Shown: positions 1 through 11,242 of the stretch, piece by piece
How the letters are laid out: the number at the start of each line of letters is the position of its first letter
Position numbering within the stretch: the stretch's first letter is position 1
DNA from: Takakia lepidozioides
Taxonomy: Eukaryota; Plantae; Bryophyta
Reading direction: 5' to 3'
Assembly (NCBI GenBank): GCA_030704615.1
Contig: CM060732.1
Location: 59,272,001 to 59,336,000, forward strand
Length of the DNA: 64,000 bases
Position numbers and translations under genes: made by a program
The notes under the pieces: model-generated
Databases searched by the model: none
The model's input: only the letters and a program-made list of their open reading frames with translations
Told to the model about the DNA's origin: nothing

Positions 1-499
1 GCTCCCATGTCAAACAAACAGGAAAACATGAGACACTGCACGCAAAAAAAAGGTGTAAAAGGAATATTGCGTATGGAGTGCTTCACATCCGCAAAGCACG
101 AATCTCTCACTGGTGGGCGATCCGAGTCTCCGGATAACGAGGTCTACATTTCATGCATGAGACGGAGCTTAAGTCGTGTCGTCGGCGGCTTCCCAAAATC
201 CCGCGTCCTCCTTCTCTTTGCCGGAGTCACCTGACCTTCCACAAACTCTATGCTACCACTATGCCGCATAAGGAGAGGAAACGCAGGAGAATGTCACTGC
301 AGAAGGGCAAGGAGCGAGAGAGCGAAGCGGTGGAACATGCAACCACTCTACACGAGCAGATGTGTAAGCAGCCACGTCTCCCGAAGCGTCCACCACTTTC
401 TGCCGTATGGGTGATGAAGAGATTGTGACCCCTGACACGTTCGCACGGATGAAGTCGACTGGAACACGACGCGTGCCAGTTCCAGCCACCAACAAGATG

Positions 500-2270
500 G
501 TTTTATCCGAATTGCGGCACCGAAATACCTTCCGTTCACCGGATGCTGTTCCCGGAGCAGCCGACATTGAATGAAATATCCGCACATCATGAAATCCAAC
601 CGCCATGAAAATCCCCTGCCTATGACATTCAACAGTCAGGTCGGTACGTTTCATCAGCGGACGGATGAATTTCGGCGCCGAAATTCATCCTATTCAAGTG
701 CTTTCGTACACAAACTTACAAATTTCGCGCCGCAATTCATCGCTTCCCAAGTCCTCATTCGTCATGAGCAAACCTGTCAGTGGGATATCGGAGCCGGAAT
801 TAATTCCGGAACAGTGGAAACGGCTGCACTTGGGCACATTTCATCCATATTTCGGCGCCGAAATTCATTACGAATATCTCCGTCCACGCGTAGACGAGTG
901 AAATCATCCATATTTCGGCGCCGAAATTCATCGGTCCACGCGTAGACGAAGGCGCCGAAATTCATCCAGAGCGAAGACTAAATCGGCACCATGCTATGCT
1001 TTGCCGCCATCATTGCCCCTGACGGATGCTGTCCATGCCTGTTGGACTTGCCATTTCTGGACATTTAAACTATAATTTCGGCGCCGAAATTATACTTTAT
1101 GTGCGGCAACGTCCCGTGCGAAAAAGACCACTTAATGGATACTGTCGGTTTCAAATGAAAAAACGGCTAAAATACAATTAATTTGACAGAATGGGTTCAA
1201 TATGCCGATTTCTCTCCATTAATGCAGAATATTCCTGTTATCTTCGTCGGAACGGGGTATTTCCAACGATTTACGGAAAATTATATCATCCAGAAGCAAA
1301 TAGTAAGTGTCGGGTTTGGACGAATTTCGGCGCCGAAATTCATCCGTCGCATAGAAAATGTAATATTAAGAGTTACTCATTGCGGACAGTAAGGATGAAT
1401 TTCGGCGCCGAAATTCATCCATTTCAAAGAAAAATAAATATTGGAGGGAGGGCATTGGATGAATTTCGGCGCCGAAATCCGGCGCTCAAACCCTGAAAAG
1501 AATTTGGAGGGATGGAGTCGGTTGAATTTCGGCGCCGAAATTCATTGCTCGCGAAGAAAAAAAAAATCGGGAGGACTTCGGATGAATTTCGGGCGCCGAA
1601 ATTCATTGCTGGCGAAGAAAAAAAAAATTCGGGAGGACTTCGGATGAATTTCGGCGCCGAAATTCATTGCTCGTAAATTCGGAGGACTTCGGATGACGGC
1701 GCCGAAATTCATTTGCTCGCGAAGAAAAGGAAAATTAGAAGGAGGACTTGGATGAGATTCGGCGCCGAAGTTCATCTGTCGCAAAGAAAAAAAAAAAAAA
1801 CAAAAAAACTTCAGATGAATTTCGGGCACCGAAATCCATCCGCAGGGCAGCAGAATTAGGGTCGGAAAAAGGAGATGAAGAATGATTTCGGCGCCGAAAT
1901 ACATCCATTCTGCCGATTCAGGATTACTGTCATTCGGATGTCGGCACCGATATCCGACACGTGTGTGAATCACGACTGTAATCAGGAACACATTCATCTG
2001 TATTTTGGCATCCAAATTCAACCCTCATGTGCAGAAACAATTTTGATGAAGATGTTCATCCGAATTTCGGCACCGAAATCCATCCGTTGGATGCTTGGTC
2101 AGTTTCATGAGGTGAACAAATTACTATTTCTGTCGCCGGAATTCATCCCCTGGCTTCCAAAGTTGTTACATGACAGAGATGTTCATCCAGATTTCGGTGC
2201 CGAAATTCATGGGAAGGCCTGATTTATTGTAGCCCAAGTGGTTGTACATTACAATTCAGGCACCAAATAT
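500..2270. repeat. Array of ~24 copies of the palindrome GGATGAATTTCGGCGCCGAAATTCATCC, ~60-65 bp period from ~1320 to ~2270
   Basis: Perfect 28-bp palindrome at 663-690 and 1393-1420; degenerate copies at ~848, 911, 1075, 1322, 1458, 1523, 1581, 1642, 1757, 1814, 1885, 2062, 2190 and others. Confidence 0.95.
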
Positions 2271-2990
2271 CCGATGTGAACTTGCTGTTGTCGTCGTTTT
2301 TTGTAACGTACGTTACATACCTTCATCTTTACGTGCACTGATCACCCATCCGTTGGATACGGAATCCTCCAGAAAATCATTTGTGTTATTAGGTAGGACA
2401 CACTCTTCTCACTGCAGGACTTCGCTGCGGAGCGTACCGAGAGGTCCCGTCTTCAACATGGACTCCCGTGTTTGGGTAAACGTGTACTTCCATCCTGATT
2501 CTCTGAAAGCTAAAATACGTTCCACGAAATCCAATTCCCAGTCGTCATCCTCCTCCCACGAGAAGCTTCGCCCCGCATACCGGTGGGTGACCCCGCAGCT
2601 TGGCCCACCCATCGGTGGGGAAACTGAAAAGACGGCGGCCACCAACAAAGGCGAACGACACCAGGATGGCCAACGCTCTTGCAATGCCCTGCATAGTGCA
2701 AGGTTGCAGGATGTTCCTCACCCCGGGATGGGGCGCATATTTCAGTTGTCAACAGCCGGGTCTGCTGCGCGCAGTGTCGTGTATACAATCACGGTTTCAC
2801 AGTACCCAGCTTGCAACTGTGAGGACTTCCTTGTTATGGAATCGAAGAATGCAGCATACGTCCCCTGCAAACACCTTTATTACATTTTTCTGAAGCGCAT
2901 GAGTTGCATATCCGCAGTGGACGTCTTCATCCATGCTCCAACCTGAGTTTCAACGAGCTGCACAAGGCCCTACGGCAGGACACTGGTCGG
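2242..2990 (+). pseudogene. SWIM zinc-finger protein fragment, probably transposon-encoded
   Basis: YTITVSQYPACNCEDF...YVPCKHLYYIF fits the SWIM CxC-x(n)-CxH pattern; reading continues past a frameshift near 2943; paralog at 61455-61760. Confidence 0.75.
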
Positions 2991-4339
2991 ACTGCTTGAC
3001 ATTCCACATTCGGGAAGGAGAAAGTGGCAATTATATTACATTCATCTTCTTGCACCTATTTTTTTTGGAGGAATTATACACTTGGTGGTGCCGCATCGCC
3101 ATGGCTACATGTGAATTTTGGTGCCGCAATACATGAGAATGTGGTTTTTGGCCATGAATGGCATGCGCATGTTTTTTATTTTGGTTGTCTACAAATGGAT
3201 CCGAGTAAAGCATACATTGTGTGGAGATTAACGGGCATTGAGGCCTATTTCAGCGCCGTTTATGGTCTATGTACTGCATAGTGCTTCCTTGTTACTGCTC
3301 TTCATTCAATTTGTAGTGATTTCGCAGCCCATCCTGGCGTTTTCGTCCACCTCTATGAGAAACTCTCCAATTTGCTACAAATACATTGTTACTGTTCTGC
3401 AAATGTGATGTCTTTACAAGATTGCTAGTTCTGTGTCCCAGTGGGAAGGGTCCTACTGCACATTCCAGCATTTGCATACTGCACTTTGTGCAAACAGCAA
3501 TCCATACGACAAAGGACACGTCCCAGCATACTGGCAGTGAATTGCAAAAACCTTAACAGAAGATTATCCAAGCATGTATATTCCCCATATGGCACAGGGA
3601 AGCTGCTTGATTTCTGAATGAAAATGTATGTGCCATGAGTGTCGGCGAGTCGAAACATGTCTACTCTAGCATGCAAGACCTATGGTCCCCTCGCCCAAGA
3701 AGAAGGAACTCTAACTGGCCTCTCAAGGACCTCCTGAGTGACCGGGTGCCTATATTTGAACAAAATGTCAGTGGTTTCTGTCGCCGGTTGAAACTAACGA
3801 GGATGTCGTGTTTATCGATAGCGCCCCCTTGGTAGAAGACATTTTCACAGTGGGCCCTGTGTTCCCCTCCTCCTCATCCTCATAACTGAAGAGAATGTCC
3901 CCACTTTCCGAGCCAGTCCGTCCACGCGTAAGTTTTCACCTATGCACTCATCATACGTCCACTCGCAACAATTCAATCCAGCGATACAGCAACGCTGTGC
4001 GTGATCTGTTCGGCTCCCACTCATGCGGAAAGTCCAGGTCCATGATGCGTAGGAACCACCTGCTCCCCAGCCGGGTCCAGGAGAATCGTGCAATCCTGGA
4101 AGAAACTCCATTGCTCTCAGCTGGACAAGTCGAGGATCGTCCCTATAAACATCCAGGAAAACAATGATGTCGTCTGCTTTCGGGAAAATGACTCCCGTCT
4201 GGCGTCGATAGATGTGATTCGGGCACGACATGGCCTCACGACATAGCACGAACTCAAAGCAGGGAGATGGGCCAACAGAGAAGAGTGAAGAGCAAAATGA
4301 GAGCAAGGCCTCCCTTACCGTAAGGCGGGTATTTGCTCT

Positions 4340-4825
4340 CCGGAGCCCAATTTTGGCGCCGTTATTGGATGGAGTGCGGAAGCTTCAGCCGAGAATTTTG
4401 TTTCCGCAGTCAATTTCGGCGGCGCCGTTATTGGTTGCAATCCCTAGCCTTCAGCCGGTATTTGGTTTCCGGACCCAATTCGGCGCGTTATCGGCTGCAC
4501 TCCGGTGGCTTATTCAACCGAGTATTTGATTTTCGGGCCCATTTCGGCGCCGTTATCGCCTGCACGACTCCGGAGGATGCAACCGGGTATTTGGTTGGCG
4601 GAGCCCAATTACTTTCACCGTTGTTGGCTTCACTCCCGAGCCTTCAGCCGGCTATTTCTTTTCCTGTGCCCAATTACGGCGCCGTTATACCCAACCATCA
4701 TGCACTTCTGCAACAGTACTATCCACGGTTATAGGTCGCCATTGCGTTTTCCGAGTCTGCAAACCCGGATCCTAATTCCGCTTGCGTCTCTGCCTCTGGG
4801 ATAATTTCGGTGCCGTTATTGCCCA
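4340..4825. repeat. Second array of GGCGCC-core motifs (ATTTCGGCGCCGTTAT) with ~60-65 bp spacing
   Basis: Copies near 4353, 4420, 4480, 4545, 4678, 4808, with recurring CCTTCAGCCGG; shares the left half of the upstream palindrome. Confidence 0.8.
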
Positions 4826-4857
4826 GAATTCAGTTTTTCTATGACCTGGCCTAGCGG

Positions 4858-5074
4858 TCCATGAGCCTGGGCTCCAAGTCATGAGCGTACACTGGTACTC
4901 ATGAGCGGAGTGCTTCCAGCATGAGCACGCGGAAATCTTCGATTTTTGATTATTTTATAGTTTTGGGCCCGAAAAAAATCTGCCGAAATTCGAAGTGTGT
5001 TACTTTGCGGCTCATGGGTGAGCCATGCCCGCCATGAGCTCACCGCTCATGAGCTCATGAAATAGCAACCCCCC
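4858..5074. repeat. CATGAGC/GCTCATG cluster ending in AAATAGCAACCCCCC; possible DNA-transposon terminus
   Basis: About 8 CATGAG motifs in both orientations within 200 bp, then an abrupt change to unrelated sequence. Confidence 0.5.
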
Positions 5075-5152
5075 AAAGATTGGACATTGCACCATAGATA
5101 GTACATGTTACAATTCTTGCAGAACTTTGAGCCTAGGACATGAGCAACAACG

Positions 5153-7401
5153 GTGAAGGGAGTTGAATTAGAAATTACTCCCCTATACCTACAGCAATTG
5201 TTTCAATTGCCAGCAGGTCAGGTGCATGTGGAAGAGCACAGGGTAAGACTGCAAATAGGGGACTTATTCCAAGAAGGGAGTTTCTTTAAAACTCAGGGTT
5301 ATGCTTGTACCAAGGCCGTGTACCCAGGGCTAAGGGAGGTAGGCCAGGTATTGAACGTTCTGTTTGCCATGAAACAGAACCAACAGTATTTGAGCAGATC
5401 CTTCACAGAGGAAATACTCAAAGCCCTGAGAGGAGAAGAGGTAGAATGGGCGGACATAATGTACAACGCACTGATAGAGGAGATGAAAAGATTATAGGGC
5501 ACTGCCGCAAAGTCTCCTATTATAGTGTCTGGCCCAATCATTGCTCAAATAATTCTTGATTCTGGCATACTTGATGCTCGAGAAAGAAAGGAGATGGGAG
5601 TGTTTGAGACTGAAACCACTGCAATGGAAGAGCAAGGCTCTTCACACAGTGAGGGTGGACTGGCAGGGCAACCCCAGACTAAGAGACAGAGGCGGGGAAA
5701 GACTGTAGTGGCGGATCCACTAGCTTCACGGAAACCGCATGATAATGTTTCCCAAGCTCTTGTACAGGAAGGGGCACAGCAGCACAGAGAACTGCTATTA
5801 TTGGAAGGAGGACCTTCCGAGAGGGGGAAGAGGAAGTTACTTCAGTATCACAGCCATCACAGCCAGATAATTGGCTTGTCACAAAGTTACCACAAGTTGT
5901 CCATGCAGTTCCACCAGAAATAATTGATTTGGAGAAAGAAGGGTTAGACATTCCCACTACAGAACAGGTGGTGGCAAAAATTGAGAAGGGAGACCTTCTC
6001 TATGAATATTCTGGTCTGGTCAAGGACACAGTGATTCCGGAGGTGCAACAGTTGTACAGGGGAAACCCTGCGGTGCATATAATACACAAACCTGTGACGG
6101 AGGTACCACAGGTAGAATGTCAAGACACTGCAGCACCGGTGACGGATGAAGCGGTTCAGGAAGAAAATCTGGTGGGGCAATGGCCTGAGTGGTTCGTGAG
6201 GCATCACACTGTTGAGGATCAGGGAGAACAGCAGCAAGCTCACCATGATGACCCTCAACAGGCCATGCTTATGAGTTCCATAAGCAGGACACTTAATTTG
6301 TTGGGGACTTATGTCAAATCCCATGTTCCAACTACCCAATTGGCAGCTTTGAGGGAGGAACTCAGGAAGGAGATTGAGGCTCGACTTGCCACTGAGTGTG
6401 CAAACAAGGTCGATGAAGTGGTCACTCTCAAGATGCAGCAAGACTTGGAGAGTACAGAAGCGGCTTTGCAATTGGCCAAGGAACAATTGATTGAGGCAGG
6501 CCTCGCGCAAGACCAGTTGCACGAAGCACATAAGCAACAGCTATACCAAATGCAAGTGAAGCATGAAAGCAAGTTGCAAGAAGTGAATGCACTACATACG
6601 GAGTTGCAGACAGTGCATGACAGGATGGCCATACAATGCGCTACACTCACAATTATGCTTGACCAAGCTACAATAGAAATAAACAGTCAAGCGGAAAGAT
6701 GTACGAAGGCAGAGACAGAGAATGTTGAGCAATTGAAACTCATTGTCGATATGAAGAATACAATCTGTCGCAATGAGAATATTTTCAAACAATACAGGCA
6801 GGTTGAAGCTGACCAAGAGAGGTACATCCTGGAGTTGCAACAAACGCTCATGGTAAATAGAAATGAACTCTCTGTGGCTAACAAGGCTTGGAAGGAAGCC
6901 AATAATCTAGCTGCTGCCTATGCGAGTTTGGTTGAACCTCATGCGAAGCGCATGGAGGCTTTACAGCAGCAGATAGATGTGTACAGGCTCACAGAGGAGA
7001 AAACTCTAAGGGGTGCCACAAGCAACTTGGTGGATAACCACCTTATGCAGGTCTGGTTAACACAAGGGCCGATAGAGGGCAAAGCACCAAGAAAGCTCAC
7101 CCAAAGCGAGATGAATGAGCTCAGAGTGCAAGTGCAGAACATTGCCACAACTACTATAGACAATGTCTATAGTAGGATAGCAGAGTTACAGGAGGATGTA
7201 GACGGCCTGCAGACTCAAGTGGAGGACCTCATTTCAAATATCGACAAAAGAGTCTGTATACCTGAGGAACAGCTAATGGCTTCTTATTTACAAGCGAGAA
7301 CTTTGGCTTTTCAGTCTTCTTCACAGGGGGTGCAGGAGATGCCAATGGTACAAGAGCCAGTGCCACCAAACACCACAACAAGTCACTGTGCCAGTAGCTG
7401 A
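5153..7401 (+). pseudogene. Retrotransposon accessory ORF-A (~750 aa): N-terminal Athila/Transposase_32-like region plus long coiled coil
   Basis: 5153-5497 and 5525-5923 are in one frame split by a TAG; a frameshift near 5835 joins 5929-7401 (E/Q/L-rich heptads); [20 protein letters not shown] and VEWADIMY resemble plant retrotransposon accessory proteins. Confidence 0.65.
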
Positions 7402-7507
7402 CCTTGTTGTTACTACAGCCACACCACAGCCACCACAGCCTGAGTAATGGGGGAATGCTGCTTTTAACCCACCTAAAACTCCAGTTGCAAGGGAGTACAG
7501 TCGGGCT

Positions 7508-8509
7508 ATGATTATGCCCTTCAACCAAATTCCCATTGTGTTGGATTTGGCTTGGAAAGAATTTAGTCCTCCGCAGTCATTGGCACATTACTATCAAATC
7601 ATGCGCATTTGGCTGCCAGTGGCCACTAGGACTAAAGTTCTTCCGAACAATCGACCAATTGAGGATCATCACTTTGCGCAGTACTGGCATGAGGCAAGTA
7701 CCATGTTGAAGGAATTAATTGTCTTCCAAGTTGTACATGGATTCATTTATACCAAGACCAAAGAGATAGCAAGTATTGTCATGGGCTGCGGGTTATACTA
7801 CGCTGCTTGTTTTCTGGTACGTTATCACATTGAGCAACAGAAGATGCAAACGCGCTTTCTGAATTATTCCAGTGGGGATCATTGGGTCTTCCCTTCAGTG
7901 CCACCTCATACGTACCTATATGAGGCAAAAGTTATGATGCAAAAGGATTCTCAGATTCGTTCATGGTTTCATGCGGCCTGGAACAATTTGTCAACACAGA
8001 AATTCGGGCCTGACGATATTTTCTTTAAGGGACATGAGACATGGAAATATTTGCACAATTCACAAGTCATTGGTACACCACTCACCTGGACAGACAATGA
8101 GCTCAGGGTCTTCACCAATTTTGCAATTCAGCGCTTACAACAAGTTTTACAATTTAAACTTCCAGACATGGTGGGACAACATTGTATGCCCCAGAGAATT
8201 CCAGTTAAAGTTCGACAGTTAAAACACCTCAGGGGGGACGAGGATTCTGATACAACTGTTTCTTCAGCGGACTCTTTTGACATGGCAGAGGACTATGCAA
8301 TTCAGATGGCAGAGAAGAAGAGACGGGGGTCTCCTATGCCTGAAAAATTACCTCGATATCAGCCTCCAGAGGGACTGACATATCCAGGTAGTGTTCAATC
8401 ATCTCCCTCAACCAGTGACAGAACACGGGCTCGCACACGGAGTCCTTCACGAGACTCTAATCGTCAGAAGGGTGCTCGCTCACAAAGGGTTACAAATCCC
8501 AAACAGTAA
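7508..8509 (+). CDS. Retrotransposon accessory ORF-B, 333 aa, unknown function, basic Ser/Arg-rich C-terminus
   Basis: Uninterrupted ORF ending about 16 bp before the PPT; its last ~130 bp are also present in copy 2 (11263-11390). Confidence 0.7.
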   Translation: MIMPFNQIPIVLDLAWKEFSPPQSLAHYYQIMRIWLPVATRTKVLPNNRPIEDHHFAQYWHEASTMLKELIVFQVVHGFIYTKTKEIASIVMGCGLYYAACFLVRYHIEQQKMQTRFLNYSSGDHWVFPSVPPHTYLYEAKVMMQKDSQIRSWFHAAWNNLSTQKFGPDDIFFKGHETWKYLHNSQVIGTPLTWTDNELRVFTNFAIQRLQQVLQFKLPDMVGQHCMPQRIPVKVRQLKHLRGDEDSDTTVSSADSFDMAEDYAIQMAEKKRRGSPMPEKLPRYQPPEGLTYPGSVQSSPSTSDRTRARTRSPSRDSNRQKGARSQRVTNPKQ

Positions 8510-8545
8510 ACCGTGAGGACACGGCTTTTTGAGGGGAAGGGGTAA

Positions 8546-9488
8546 TGTTAGAGGACTGTCTAGGACTTAGGCACTTTTACGGGATCTGTGGGGTACCCTT
8601 AATTTTTGCACAGACTGAGACCAACAGGAGCCTTAGGGGTGACAGCAGCGCACTTTAGGGGGGATTACACAGCCCGTCACAGTCTGACACAGCCCGTCAC
8701 AGCCAACACAGCTCGTCACAGTCCAACACAGCCCGTCACAGTCCGACACAGCCCGTCACAGCCAACACCGTCACAGTCCAACACAGCCGTCAGTCCGACA
8801 CAGCCGACACAGCCAGACACAGCCGTCACAGCCAGTCACAGCTTGACACAGCTGTCACGACCATAGGAACGGATAGCAGGACAGGGAACGACTGTGGGGA
8901 ACAACATTTGCGAATGGAACATGTTAGTTCACAGATGACGGTTAGTGAGGGGAAACGGTTAGAACAACGGGTAGGAAGATAAAGCCAGGAGCAAGGACTG
9001 GAAAGGATCACTTCTTGGGGGGACTTCGGACATCACTGGGAGGAAATGAGGCAGAGAGGCATCTCTGAGCAGAAAGAGGGAGAGCACGGAGTAGGAGGAG
9101 GACGATCTGTTGATGCTTGATGAATGCAGGCAGTAGAGCAGATTAGAGACTCCATGGCTTCAGCCTGATACTTGATAGATATTAATCTGATACATACTTC
9201 ATACTCACACTGTGTAGAGAGATCTAAGTGAAGCTGTGGAATGAATGGATGAGTTGATGGAATCCGATAGATTGCTGAAGCAAACTGATACTTAATTACC
9301 AACAGTAAGGTAACTAGCTAACATGAATGCGGGAAGGAAAACAAATAGGAAACACCCCTATGATACACTAGCTGTAGGTCATGACTGATTGTTCTGAGTG
9401 GGCTGAGTGCTTAGAGATTCCCAACTCTTCTATCTTGGAGTTTCCGCCTCGGATAGCGAAGGGATGGGTGAGTAAAAGCCGCGCGACA
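8546..9488 (+). repeat. LTR (family A, copy 1, 3' LTR)
   Basis: TGT...ACA ends, preceded by PPT, internal CACAGC-rich microsatellite at 8665-8860. Confidence 0.9.
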
Positions 9489-9549
9489 GGCTTGAGGAGA
9501 GAATATACTCAAAAAAATATGCTTGCTCTAACGTTTTGACTAGAGTTAC

Positions 9550-9774
9550 CTCCTTGTTATCAAACAGGGCAACTGCACGGATGCAACTCTCATCAGCCAA
9601 GGATTCAGTATCCCCACAAGTATCTAACAGGACATGCAGTGCACAGAAGGATGATGGCAAATTATCAAGCCTGACCGAAAAAATGAACTCTTTGCGAGCA
9701 CCCCCAATGCAGCTTGGTTGTGTGTCACACACATTTAACTCAAAGTCCACAATATCCAGTTGTTCTGCTAGCAC
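9550..9774 (-). pseudogene. Aspartyl aminopeptidase (M18) exon
   Basis: 225-bp exon with AG/GT ends encoding VLAEQLDIVDFELNVCDTQPSCIGGARKEFIFSVRLDNL...AVALFDNKE; consensus is GRLDNL and FDNEE. Confidence 0.85.
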
Positions 9775-10153
9775 CTGAATGAATGCCATTGTGTTAGAGA
9801 AATGACACAAAAATTGGAGGGCAGTAGAAGCGGGTAAAACATAGAATGTACTCATAAGATGGCCTTTGTCGTGGCCGTGTGGCCCCAGTTTGGGTGGAAC
9901 AAGAGGGAACAAACACTACCTTTGTGAGGGTTTCACTCCAGTAGTGGGACTTACCTTGATATGAACAATTTGTTCAGGCTTTCCACTCTAGAATGCCCTC
10001 ATCAATCTGCTGCGTGTGATCTGCCCATCAATTAGACCCCAACAGAGTCAGGGCTTTAGGCTCAGTCTCAAGATTTTGAAAGATGGTGAACAGAGGTGCA
10101 GGGACTATGTTCTTGAATATAGCCTGATGACGGTCGCTCTTTGATGAGAATAC

Positions 10154-11242
10154 TGTCGCGCGGCTTTTACTCACCCATCCCTTCGCTATCCGAGGCGGAA
10201 ACTCCAAGATAGAAGAGTTGGAAATCTCTAAGTACTCAGCCCGCGCAGAACAATCAGTCATGACCTACAGCTAGTGTATCATGGGGGTGTTTCCTATTTG
10301 TTTCCCTTTTCGCATTCATCTTAGCTACCTTACCATTGATAATTACGTATTAGTTTCCTTCACTCCTCCATTCAATCCACAGCTTCACTCAGATCTCTCT
10401 ACACAGTGTGATTGTATCGTATAAATATCAGATTATGATTTATCAGGTATCAGGCCGAAGCCATTGTATCTCTATTCTCCTCTACAATATCCCTACGGCT
10501 TTGCATCTAACAAGCATCTACTAATCCTCCTTCATCGTGCTCTCCGATCTCCGCTTCCGCCTGACTCCCAAGTCCTCCCCGAATAATGATCTCATCATAA
10601 TCCCCGTTCTTCCCTTTATCCTCCTATCCGCGGTTCTAACCGTTTCCCTCTCTAACCGTCGTATGTGAACTAACATGTTCCCTTCTCTGGTGTTGTTCCC
10701 CACAGTCGTTCCCTGTCCTACTCTTCGTTCCTATTATCGTGACAGCTGTGTCAAGCGGTGACTGGCTGTGTTTGGCTGTGTGGCTGTTGTGACTGGCTGT
10801 GTGGCTATGCCGGGCTGTGACTGGCTGTGTGGGCTGTGTCTGCTGTGACGACTGTGACGGGCTGTGGTGGGCTGTGTGGGCTGTGGACGACTATGACGGG
10901 CTGTGTGTGGGCTGTGACGGTGTGTGGGGCTGTGGGTGGGTGTGGGCTGTGTGGGTGTGTGGGGTGTGGGGTGTGTGGTGTGTGTGTGGGTGTGTGGGCT
11001 GTGTGGCGGGCTGTGCTGTGACGGCTGTGTGGGCTGTGTGGGCTGTGTGGGCTGTGTGGGCTGTGTGGGCTGTGTGGGCTGTGACGGCTGTGACGGCTGT
11101 GGGGGCTGTGTGGGTTGTGTAACCCCCTTCTACAGTGCTCTGCTGTCACCCCTAAGGTTCCTGTTTGTCTCAGTCTGTGCAAAAATTAAGGGTACCCTAC
11201 AGATCCCGTATAAGTGTCTAAGTCCCCTACAGTCCTCTAACA
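10154..11242 (-). repeat. 3' LTR of copy 2
   Basis: TGTCGCG...CTAACA; followed on + strand by TTACCCCTTCCCCCTCAAAA (PPT complement, 11243-11262). Confidence 0.95.

Larger units (their letters stand above)
5140..9488 (+). mobile_element. 5'-truncated Ty3/Gypsy LTR retrotransposon (family A, copy 1): 3' accessory ORFs, PPT and 3' LTR
   Basis: PPT TTTTTGAGGGGAAGGGGTAA (8526-8545) abuts LTR TGTTAGAGG...GCGCGACA (8546-9488), a diverged reverse-complement relative of the LTRs at 10154 and 18788. Confidence 0.9.

Noticed and set aside
571-2222. ORFs with repeated NFGAEIH/EFRRRNS peptides
   Set aside because: Translations of the palindrome, identical on both strands
500-2270. True CRISPR array
   Set aside because: Eukaryotic context, no cas genes, degenerate repeats and several duplicated spacers; kept only as a CRISPR-like repeat
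5929-7401. Host myosin/SMC-like gene or a true envelope glycoprotein
   Set aside because: Lies inside the retrotransposon, intronless, with no motor domain, signal peptide or clear TM segment
8546-11242. Inverted LTRs as TIRs of one element or a DIRS-like structure
   Set aside because: They belong to two independent, diverged insertions in opposite orientation; copy 2 has its own TSD
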